Source of the DNA: Octopus sinensis
Taxonomy: Eukaryota
Assembly (NCBI RefSeq): GCF_006345805.1
Contig: NC_042999.1
Span: forward strand, 91,326,001 to 91,390,000
Direction: 5' to 3'
Length of the DNA stretch: 64,000 nt
Positions 25,601-38,200 of the stretch are shown in pieces (within the stretch, counting starts at the first letter, position 1; every line of letters starts with the position of its first letter). The notes under the pieces were generated by a model. That model did not search any database. It was given only the letters and a program-made list of their open reading frames with translations, and was not told the DNA's origin. Both the position numbers and the translations under genes were made by a program.

Positions 25601-28600
25601 AATGTTGTTATCCCATAAACAGCAAGGCAGTAAGCTAGTAGAAGCATTAGAGCATTGAACAAAATGCTCCGTGGTATTTCTTCCAGCTCTTTATGTACCA
25701 AGTAAAAATCTCACCAAAATTGTTGGCTTTTAATTGTCCCAGTCATCAATAAAAGTACCAGTTAAGTACTGGAGTTGATGGTACTGATTTATCCTGTTCT
25801 TCAAAGTTGCTGACATTGTACCTAAATCAGAAACCATTTATTCCATAACAGCAGTTCTGTATTTCTTATGTTTGCTGTTTACCATATCTCATAAACTATG
25901 TCAATAAATGTAATGAATTTGTAAAAATAAATGTTATAACTTATGAATACAAGGGATACTTACCTTATAATGGGAAGATACATAGAGTGACATTATTCGA
26001 TGCAGGAATGCCTCAGAACCTTTATGGAAAGAAAACAATGTGTCCCTGTTGACATAATACAGATCACAGTCCTGCGGTAGAGGGCAACCAGAAGTTATTC
26101 TACGAACATTCGTCACATCAAGACATAACAAATCGTTGAGCCATTTCTCAACAGGGTCACCATCAGCATATCTTATAGATTCATTGAGTTGCACTTCATA
26201 AAGGACACGTCCTGTGGAGAAAAGAAAGGACAAAGATATATCTATTTTGAAATAACATTCTCAGATTTTATCAACTGATTGATGCAGTCAACACTTCTCA
26301 CTGATGCATTTTTTAACCATGCAAAAGCCATTGACGATAAAATGGATGAGTTTAGTAGAAATCAGAGGCAAAAGAGTAGCACAAATGTTCAATGACATGA
26401 AAGTGAAGATGACAATAATAGTATATATTTGGCACAAAGTCAAAATTTTAGAAGAAGGGCTTTGTCATTTTAATAGACTACAACTGATTTGTAATTATTT
26501 TTATAGAATAGAGAATGGCAAAAGGTGCCCCTCTTCATGTCATATCGCTCCTGTAAATCATCAGTAGCATGACATTATGCTTAACCCTCATACTGCCCTT
26601 GGTACCTCTCATGATCCTGTCCAGCTTTCCTAACACTGCCAATCTGAGTGCATTTATTCTCATGATCTCTAGGAGAATATTGCCAACTTGTATCACTGTT
26701 CATCAAAGGTTATTATAACTGTCCATCTGCTCAATGATTTTGTCATCTACAACTGCACTGAAGTTGCATGGTTGATACTTTATTTTGATTTTATTGATGT
26801 GCATGTTGAGTCTGGTTGATCACGTTGTTACTCCTGCAATCCCAGTTGATATTCCTAAAAACAGCATCATGTAGACAAGAGGTATTCAACTTAGGTGAAA
26901 TGTTGCCTCTTTCTTTAACTCCCCTCTTCAACCTGATCAGTTCCTAGCAGATCCAGAATCACTGTCCAAGATAGCAAGCAGGATGCAAAGAATCTTTGGA
27001 TAAAGATATACTATATGAATGTCAAAAATGGGACATATAATGAAAGGACAATCTCTTTGAACGATAGAGTGATGGAACTTGAGAAAGATCTGTCCAAGAT
27101 CAACTGTGATGCTATTGGTATCGGTTTGGGATGGTAAATCATACCACTGGTGTGTTGGCTTGGCTTGCTACCAAGAAGAATGGCATGGTCTACCTACCAA
27201 CAACTAACCACATAGATGTGATGGTTGACACACGCATACAAACATATATATGCATACATATATATGTGGGTATGCATCACAGATTTCCATAAACATTTTG
27301 TCAATTAATTTGAAATTTATTGATAAAAAGTTTATGGAAACTAGTGCTCAGGATACTGCTCAGTGAGATAGAGCTTATCAACACACTCATGTTGGGTATG
27401 TGAAAATGGATATTTATATATCATCATCATCATCATCATCATTTAACATCCGCTTTCAATGCTAGCATTGGTTGGACGATTTGACTGAGGTCTGGGAAGC
27501 CAGAAGGCTGCACCAGGCCTTCTCTGAACTGGCAGTGTTTCTACGGCTGGATGTCCTTCCTAACGCCAACCACTCTGTGAGTGTAGTGGGTGCTTTTTAC
27601 GTGCCACCGTCACAGGTGCCAGACGAGGCTGGCAAACGGCCACGATCGGATGGTGCTTTTTACGTGCCACCGGCATGGAGGCCAGTCGGGGCAGCACTGG
27701 CAACGGCCACGTTCGGATGGTTCTCTTACGTGCCACCGGCACTGGTATCACAGCTACAATTTCCATTGATGTTGATCGATTTCATGGTGGCAGTTATAAC
27801 GAAATTGTTTTCTTATATCAGAGTAATAAGGCATTTCAATAGAACATCTTTACCCCCGGGAACTACCGGGTACACCAGCTAATATATATATAAGTAAGTA
27901 TGGATGGATGGATAGATAGATAGATATAGATACACACACACACACAGATACACAATGAACTTCCATAAAGTTTTTGTCAACCAAAATTTCATTTATAAAG
28001 TATTAATCAACTTCTCTCCTTCTCCCTGTGGTTTGGGCAACTTTAGTAGTGATCAGTATTGGAGTAAACTAAAAATGGTAGGAAACAACAGTTTAACTAG
28101 AGCAATATATTAAAGAATGGAAGTGTTGAAGAGGCAACTGACAATTGATGGTGAAGTATCTATGATAGCAATAGTGACACTATTAACATATATACATACA
28201 TATAATAAAAGACTTACCTGACAAACTATTAGTGGTACTCTCAACAGCTGTCACCTTTTTCACTTCAGTTCCTGAGAAAGTAGCAGCTTGTTGTCGGAGT
28301 TGTTGGATAAGTTTCAGAGATAAAGAACGACCTGTTCCCTCATATCTGAAGATGGCCAATAAAATGAGATTTAATCATTAAACAATAAAATTTGAAATGC
28401 AATATTAATATAGTAAAAGTGCATGATAAATATTTCTTTCAATATTGTTAGGTCCAAGGAGAAATAATTGTTGTTATCACAGTTGGATGCTACTTTCAAA
28501 TCTAACCACACTATCTTGAAAGAAGAGAGGCTATGTTTTCCAGCCAAGCAGGACAGAGGAAGAAATCCAAATAAATACCTTGATTCAAAGGATAAAACAC

Positions 28601-29193
28601 TAACAGAGGAAATAACTGGACTCTTGTCATTTCCCTTCCATTCTTAGCATTACTTGCAAGATAATACTTTTCTATACCTAGGCATGTTTCTTCATAGGAG
28701 ATTGGAAATGAACATCACCACTTATATGGTGGTGACAGTTGTTTACAACCATCATGTTACATCAAGCCAAAGCAACATAAGTACACATATTTATAATGGG
28801 CTTCTTTCAGTTTCTTCAACCAAATCCACTTACAAGGTTTTGGCTGACCTAGGGCAACAGTTGAAGACAATTGCTCAAGGTGCCATGCAGTAGGATTGAA
28901 CCTTAGGTTAAGAAGCTTGCTTCACAACCATACTTGTATTCCAGTAATACCTACTGCAATATCAAAATTTCACATCACATTTTTACTGCAAAACTATTAC
29001 TCTTTCACTGGTTTCTGTCATTTGACTGTGGTCATGCTGGAGCACTACCTTTAATCGAACAAATTGACCCCCAGGTCTTATTCTTTGTGAGCCTGCAATT
29101 TATTCTATCGGTCCCTTTTGCTGAACTGCTAAGTTACGGGGACATAAACACTCCAACATTGGTTGTCAAGCAATGGTGATGGGGGACAAACAG

Positions 29194-29231
<38 letters not shown>

Positions 29232-32200
29232 TCATCATCATTGTTTAATATCCACACGACAAGCTTCTTTCAGTTTCTGTCTACCAAATACACTCACAGG
29301 GCTTCGGTTAGCCTGAGGCTATAAGCAGAAGACACCTGCTCAAAGTGCCACGCAGTGGGACCAAACTTGAAACCATGTGGTTGGGAAGACTGGAGATAAA
29401 TAATTTAGATGAAATGGCTTAACTGTTACCAAGTGAAAGTTGAGAAATAAATCTACTGTTGCTGAAATTTCAACAGAATGTCTTGAGGTAGCACAGGAAA
29501 AAATGTTGATGGTTAGACAAGACTTTCAAGTCTGTTGAAATGAGTAGGATAACAGTTAACTAGCACTTAGATGTAAAACAAAAGTAGAAGAGCCAAAAAG
29601 AAGGAACTGTTATTACTGGGCCTGCTACAAAATAGCAGCCAAATCCACCCCATATTATATGCTAGTCATTAATGGCCAATAAAACAGGAATGCATGAGTG
29701 CTATATGCTCCAGTCTATCATAATGTTATACACTACAGACTTTAAGAAGGTGAATGGCATATTGAACCTAATAATATCATCTTAGACAAACTAAGAAATC
29801 TGGTGCAGTAACTGGGCACGAATCCTGGAAATGCAGAAAAAAAAAATCAAGTAACACTAATGCAGAGTTATCTCCCTTAGACTGCATGGCGCTACAAATT
29901 ATTAAGTAATTTAGACACACCTAAAGTTAAAGTAAGTGATGTATGTAACAAGTACAGTTGTATTGTTGAAGATTAGGTCTTTGGCGTATTAGCAATAGCA
30001 TATATAAATTTCTATATATGCTTGCCTAAGATTTCTTTAATTGCAGCTGCGATGAGAGGGATGTAAATTTTTTTCATCATGAAAAGACCCAGGTGCTGCA
30101 AGTGAAGGCTGTCAAGTACCAAACACCCAACTAACCTTTATACATACTTAAAAGATTAAAGCATGGTTGAAGAGATTCCAGTGAGAATATTACAAGGAAT
30201 AATAAGCAACAAAAAGGACTAGATACTTTCCTAATGAAAATATATTTAAAAATACAGAACAAAATCCTTTCCAGCCATGAAATGACAAGTAGAAATAGTT
30301 CACCTATTTAAAATAATTCATTTAATGAAGTGAATTCTTAATGTATGTGTGGGTCATTGCCAGTGCCGCCTGACTGGCTCCTGTGCCCGAAGCACGCAAA
30401 AAGCACCCACTACACTCTCGGAGTAGTTAGCATTATTAGGAAGGGCATCCAGCTGTAGAAACCTTGCTAGATCAGATTGGAGCCCGGTGCAGCTTCCTGG
30501 ATTGCCAGTCACCAGTCAAACCATCCAACCCATGCCAGCATGGAAAATGGACGTTAAATGATGATGATGATGAGACAGACATATAGAGAGATAAGTACAT
30601 AGACAGATAGGTAGACAGGTAGATAGATACATAGACAGACAGACAGATAGATGGAATGATGGACATACAGACAGATTGATTGCTAGATAGATATGCTAAA
30701 TTTATTCCTTAATATAATATTGAAAACCTTTAAAAATGATGATGGCAATGAAAAAGTGAATGCAAGGGTACTTACCCATTAACAGTTGAAGACATGAAAA
30801 CAAGGTAGGGTCCGATGAGTTCCTTTACCAAAGGCAATGGAATGGCAGCTGCTTCATCAATGCAAACCAATTCAGCTTGACCAAGCTTGTGAGCATCAGT
30901 AGGATGAATATACTAGGGAAAAAAAGCAATAAAACTTACAAAAATGTTCAAACGTAAAAGAAAAAAACATGTTTGAGTAGCTTGCTTCCAGACCATGTGA
31001 TCTTGGGTTCAGTCCCACTGCACAGCACCTTGGGTAAGTGTCTTCCATCTTGGTAGATGGAAACTGAAAGAAGCCTGTCATATTAAAAGCATAAAAGAAT
31101 ACACATAGATAGATAGATATATACATATACACACACATACAGGGGTTGGACACAATAATGGAAACACCTTAAAATTTCAAACAAATTTAATTTTATATGG
31201 GGTAAGACAGCCTTTGGCAGTAATTACAGCATGAATTCTACTAGGTATGGACTTGTACAAAGTTTGAATTGTTTCCAAAGGAATGTTTGTCCATTCTTCA
31301 TCTAAAACAGTCTCCAGTTCTTGTGATGATGGTGGAGGATATCGACTCACTTGTTTTTCTAAAATGCACCATAGATCTGGAGACTGTACTGGCTAGATAA
31401 CATGTTCAACTTCACTAGAATGTTCTTCATGCCATTCAGTAACAACTTGACCTGTGTGAATTGCTGCATTACCATCCTGAAAGATTGCATTTCCCTCTGG
31501 AAACAGTTCCGCAACCATAGGATGAATTTGATCAGATAAAATGCTTAGTCTTCACCATTACTTCTACCATGAAGGGACACCACAGGGCCAGCAGATTTCC
31601 AAGATGTAACAGCCCTAGTTCATCACAGATCCTCCTTGATGTTTATCAGTTGGAAGAAGGCAGACTGGGTCAAATGCTTCTCTTGTTTGACTCCACAGGT
31701 ATACTCAGCAGGTGGTCAGAAATAAGGTAATGGATGACTTGTCTGAGAAATAACATTCTTCCACTGCTCTAGGGACCAATTCTGTAGGCTTTTACTCCAC
31801 TCTAAACACTTTGCAATGTTTGTTTTTGAAAGTAGTGGTTTTCTGATTGCAGCCCTCCTGTGAAATCCAGCTTTGTGCAGCTGCCGGCAAACAGTTTTGT
31901 GGAAACAGGGTTCTCGAGGTGGTGATTAAGCTCTGCAGTAATTTTGGGAGCTGTACTTTTGTGATCCTTTCAAACAATTTGTGTAAGAGTCTGATGATCC
32001 CTATCCGAAAGTTTTGGCTTTCTTCCGTAATTTTGTTTCAACGAGGAGGTTTTTACCTCTTTCTCATAGGCAGTCATTACTTTCGAGATAGTACTTCTTG
32101 ATGCACCAAACATTTCAGCTGTTTTTGTCATGCTAGCACCTGACTTACGAGCACCAACTTAGTGAAGATTCCACTCTAAGCATGCTTTGGGTATACTGAT

Positions 32201-35200
32201 AAATGTTCTATTGATAAATGCTACAGAGATCTGTTGGGATGTCAGGCTCAACCAGCATCCAATTATTGAAGAGAAACTCAGTGCTTCATTACTCACTGCT
32301 CAACAAAGACTGAGAAATGCAATCATTAAACTGCTGGTAAATATTTAAAAATCATTAGTCATTTCAGGTCAAGATGCTTTATGATACACTTTGGTTGAAG
32401 GTTGGTAACCAGCTGCTAGCAGTAAATATGGATATCTACAATCTGATTTATGGTGGGTGCTTCTTTTCGCAACATCTAACATGAGTGGTACTTTATTTTA
32501 TCAAACTTGTAATGGCAGAAGACAAAGCTAAACTCAGAAAGCAATGATATTGAACTGAACACTACAAGTTCTTTTCTGATTTATGGGTCATCTCATAAAT
32601 CATGCGCTTTTTTCAATTGCATGAGGTGGATGGGATAAACTAACCTGATCAACTTGCTATAAAAGCAAGTAGTAATTTCACCTTGTCCTTATTCTAAGTG
32701 CAAGTTTTGAAGAGTGCAGTTTGATTTTAACAATTATTTTTTAAAGCTATAGTGGAAGTAACAAAAGAGCATATTTGGCATATTTTGCTTTATGAGTTCT
32801 ATAAAGGCAGCAACACAACAGAAAGTGTGAAGAATATTAATGCAGTATATGGGGATGGGACAATAAGCGTAAGTCAATGTCAACGGTGGTTTCAGAAATT
32901 CTAAGCTAGATAGTGCAGCCTAGAAGACGAGCCTCATCCAGGAAGATCTGTAGAGCTCTTCAAAATCATTAGGATGGAAAAAGTATGAATTTTGTATATG
33001 AGGTCAGAACAGTACTAAAGGAGTATTTTCCATCATGGACAAGTGAATTTTGGAAGAGAGGCCTTGAAAGTCTACCAGATAGATAGAAGAGCATTGTAGA
33101 AAATGAAGGAGAGTGTATTTTAGATTAAAAAATAACTTTATCTTAATTTTGAAAAATAAAAGAAGTATAAAAAAAACCCACATTATTTATGGGATGACCC
33201 AATATTTGAATGGTACTATCATCATCATCGTTTAATGTCCACTTTCCATGCTAGAATGGGTTGGACCATTTGACTGAGGACTGGCAAGCCAGATGGCTGC
33301 ATCAGGTCCAATCTGATCTGGCAGAGTTTCTACAACTGGATGCCCTTCTTAACGACAACCACTCCAATAGTGTAGTGGGTGCTTTTACGTGCCACCGGTA
33401 CAAGGGCCAGTCAGGCAGTAAGAATAAAATAAACTAATTTCAGTGGGATATGAGAAAAGAATGTAAAAAGCCAGAAATATCACAAAGTATTTCATCTGAC
33501 ACATCAGTGATTGTTCAGATACATAACCTATATCTACAGTGTTACAAACATTTAATAAGCATAGAATAACTTACCTGTATTGTCTGCCGATGGTCTCTGA
33601 ATATATTGACCCTGACAATGGCTTTGTTGAAGTCAGGGTTTGATGACTGGATTATTTCATAGTCAATGTGTTCCTGCAGTAGACAAATACAAAGTGTACA
33701 TCAGACAATGTACCAAGGTAGAAATGGTATGAACCACATAAACATATGGTACAGATTTACACTATAATAGAAAACACTCTTTTAGAGCATATATATTAAT
33801 CTCTACCACAGGGATTGTCAGAATATTAACAAAATATAATACTGAACACGACAGGCGCAGCCATCACCATGTGGTCAAGAAATTTGGTTCACAATGAAAT
33901 GATTTTAGGTATGATCACATTGCATGGCACCTTAGTCAAACGTCTACTACTATATCTTTGAGATGACCAGTACCTTGTAACTGAAAGTTAATAGACAGGA
34001 AATGAATGTTATGCATGTGTGTGTGTGTGTGTTCGTGCATTATGCATGTGTGTGAGAGAAAGAGAGAGAGAGGAAACCAATAAGTGTTTGTAGGTTCTCA
34101 CAGAGACATTGTCGAGCAACAGTAACCATCCTTGTGTCACACATTAACAAAAAATCTGGCAGCTCAACACCTCAACATAGAAATATGTGGAATAAGGTAC
34201 TATCTCATAAACAATAAAGGGTATACAGCTGAACAATACTGCCTCAATAACTCCCTCTGGCTCAACATAATGATCTGACTTTAGCAAAAATCTTGTCAAA
34301 GGTTGTGATGACAAAATGTTTTTGTTTAGACATAAATCTGTTCTTACTAACCAAACCTACAATCATAGATGTTCTGACTCTGACAATTGTGGGTTTTTTT
34401 AATCTATTTTATCAAGGAATAGAATAATGACAACTGTATTATCCAAAATGTCTCAATTTGAAGACAATAAGGTGTGACTAGAGGGAAATTTTTATTATCT
34501 TTTTCTAGCAAGTTGAACAGCCACATCAAGGATCCCTCATCAACTCACACAAGCAGTGATTTCAAAGAAGGCTGGAATATGGTCTTACAAAGTTCTAATT
34601 CCTATGCTCTTTGGTGCTTTGCATAACAATAAGGGATAGCATTATAAACTATATGCCAAGCAAATTCCATCAAGCAGAAACTAATGTTACCTTTAAAAAG
34701 CTCTACTACTTCTGTTAAGTTGTGTATACTCATGACAGACCAAGAACAAATACAAATGATGAAACAGCCTTACCTGATATTCTAGAACATCAAAACCTTT
34801 AAATATGAATTCAAATAGAGTTTTTAAGTTTTCTGGACTTGGTGATGTAACAAAAATATTGGAATAGCTGAAAGATAAGCAAGAAAATTTTATGGATGAC
34901 TAAAAGTGTTAACATTTGATAATATGACTGAAACAATGGTGGCTAGAGAGAAAGAAGGTAATGGTGAAAAAGGAAAAGTGACAGAGCAGAATAAGGAATA
35001 CAAATGTGGAAAAAGTTAAATGCACATACTGAAATATTGACATATTTGTAGACATAACTGTAAAAAGTCAGAAATTACACTATAAAATGTTATATGTGAA
35101 GTGGTTAGGATTAGCAATATAGATGTGTACCAACCAACCCATGGAATCATGGAAGATGGACATTAAATGAAGATAATGAGTTTCAGAGATTTAAGCTCCA

Positions 35201-38200
35201 TTTCATTCAAAATTGAACAAGTACAGATTTGGAAGAGATATGCAAAGCACAACTCAAATAAGTATTTTTATTTTTCAACCTTAATAGTTCTGCATAAATT
35301 GGAGATATCGTAAGGACATTACCACGTCACAGTCACAAATATAGCTTTGGTTTTCTATCTAATCCTTGACCTTAAAGCACATGTGTCTCTGGGATGTGAA
35401 TGGATTGAATTATTAATTTATTACAAAACATTCATACTGTTAAGTAAACGTTTGAAAAGTCATAGAATTAACCATTCAAATGATACATTGCATTGGATAT
35501 TAAGTGCATCATGGATATTTTAGAATACAACATAAGGATTTACAAATTCCATATTAATATTTCAGTATCCAAAGGCAGCAAGCTGAGTAAAATGTTTAGC
35601 AGCATTTCATCTGTCTTTATGTTCTGAGTTCAAATTCCATTGAGATTGACTTTACCTTTCATCTTTTCAGGGTTGATAAAATAAATACCAGTTGAGCAGA
35701 GGTCAATGTAGACTACCCTCTCCTAAAATTGCTGGCCTTGTGTCAAAATTTGAAACCAATATTTCAGTATCTTGAACAACATTATTCATTATTTTATTAT
35801 ACAAAGATTATTAATAAATCAACAAAAGCAATAATTTTCTAAGTTTAAAATTTAAGTTTCCTTAACTTTACATGTATGTGCACCTCAGTTACTAAGATAG
35901 TGAAGCACTGACCTAGAGCCACACATTAAGTTGAGATTATTTATAAAAACTTACCCAAATCCCACTGCTGTAGCCATGGCAAGGCCTAGTGCAGCTGATT
36001 TTCCTCGGCCACGAGCTGCTGTCATCACAACTGTATTCCGTAAAGTCTTCTCAGACACTGAGTCTATAAACTTTAAGAGTCCTTTAGCCTGTAAAATAAC
36101 AAAGTATATACTTCAGTAATCCTTTAAACTCTGACATGACCATAAACTTTAGTCCTTTAGGCTGAAAAATGAAGAAACAAAATGATTGCATTGAAATAAA
36201 AACGAGAACTGTCATCATTTAACACCTGTATCTTGCATGAGTCAGATGAAATTGAGAGAAATATCCTATAGCAGGATGCACTTCCCCTTGCTAACACTCA
36301 CCTGTTATTAAGTGAGGTAATATTTGCCTTAGGCCAGACATGTTTTTCATGAAAGACTGGAAATGTACATCTTGTATGACTGATGCTTGCTCTAGTCATC
36401 ACATGATATTAAGAGAAGGGTACACACACACACATATATATGATAGGCTTCTTTCAGTTCCTGTCAACCAAATCCACTTACAAGGTTGTTGTTGGCTAGA
36501 AGGCACTTGTCCATGGTGCCACGCAGTATGACTGAGCCCAAAACCAAATGGTTGGAAAGCAAGCTCCTTAACCACACAGCCACACCTGCACCTACATGTT
36601 TCAAGTCATGAACATTGCAAGATATGTTGTTCTAAGAACTCAATAAAGGGTGTTGAAAAGTAAAACAAATATCATTAACTTTGAAAGACATTTGTCAAAT
36701 ATGGAAACTTTGAAGGGAATACTTCCCTTTCAAATATATATTTTTATCATTCTTAGACATAAAGAATGAATCAGAAGTCTTTCTAACATTCCAGTATATC
36801 TTTCTACAACATATAACATGGCACTGATAAGCATAATGTTCAATTTCTATTCTTTTTCATCCTTCCAAATATCTTCCCCAAAAGCTCAACAAAAAATATA
36901 ATAATCTAATAAACAACTTGAAATTGTAAACTGAAGACAGTTTCAAAAGTTGTATTACAATATTGGTTCCAGGATTGCATGAACTTAAAGTTTGGTGCGC
37001 TATTCTGTTACTTCGTAAAGCATATTTCTGTGTCAGTATTTCTGAAAGCAGGTACTACTCTTGTCCCTCAGTTAATTATGAGAAATGATAAAAATATTCG
37101 TGTATTTTAGCAACGTTTTTAAAAATCATAAGATTCTAGCCATCCGACTAATCAGAGTTATGTACCTTGCCTCAGAACACAGAGTAATTGATAACCCTCC
37201 AATGAAGTCAAAGTGAAGTACAATTAGTGAAAATGCTGGACTCACAGAAAAGCCTCTACATACAGCTCTAACTACATAGTCTACTTACCTACATAAATAT
37301 GTGAAGTTTTCAGAGAAGATGGAGAAGGTTTACAACCCTTTTGATATGGGATCATTTTTCTAGATTAAATGAAGTACTTTACTAGCCTGTTTCATAGTTT
37401 TAAAATTGAAGTGTCAGAACCAATGAAGTACCAATGATCAGGTACCAATGAAGGTACACAAACCATTAATTCTTAAACAGAAAGTGTAATGCCTTACTAA
37501 CTCAGTCAGAAGTTGTTTTCCAACAATATAGATTAGTACAGTCCCTGCTGTTTCAGAAGACGTTTATGATATAATCTGTTTTTAAAGGACGTTTATGACA
37601 TAATCTTAATTATGATTAAATAGCAGAAAAAAATTTCTTACTTGATCTAAAGTTCGGGCACAATTGATGATTGCACCAACAGGTTGAGTATCTTGCAAGG
37701 ATTCTTTTAAAGCTACCAATTCACGTTCAGATTGACTGAGAGATTCTTCCTGAAAAATAAAAATAATAATGAGACAAATGAAACTCAGTTGTTGACCTCT
37801 AGAGACCAAGCACTATATAGAAATGTAGAAGATGGTAATTTATTAGTTTGGCTATGTGTGGCAGTCATGTTGTGGAGTGGGATTTTTAAATATTTTTTTT
37901 TTTATTAGATTGTGAGATATGATGTGAGGGAAACTGAACTACAAGCAAGTTGCATGATTATGAAGAGGCTCTATTACTTGTTCAAGAAGTAATCATGAAT
38001 GGGTTGGTATAGTAACAATCAAGGTATGTGAGGAGAAGAGAATTCAATTTTATACATCCAATTCATTATATAACCACCTTTGATATATCCCAATATTTTA
38101 GTAATAATGATAACCGAAATGGGTAATCAAACAAGTTTGACTTGGCTATGCTACAACCTAATTCCTCACACAAAAATCTTAAACCCAATCAATGTTCCTA

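Noticed and set aside
26600-27140. Possible rearranged LINE endonuclease remnant (ELEKDLSKINCDAIGI on plus, weak similarity on minus)
   Set aside because: Too decayed to set boundaries or claim an inversion.
27472-27882. 136-aa ORF
   Set aside because: Lies within an RTE 3'-tail repeat; non-coding.
31985-32015. CTGATGA...GAAA hammerhead-like spacing
   Set aside because: The intervening bases cannot form stem II, and it lies inside Tc1 coding remnants.
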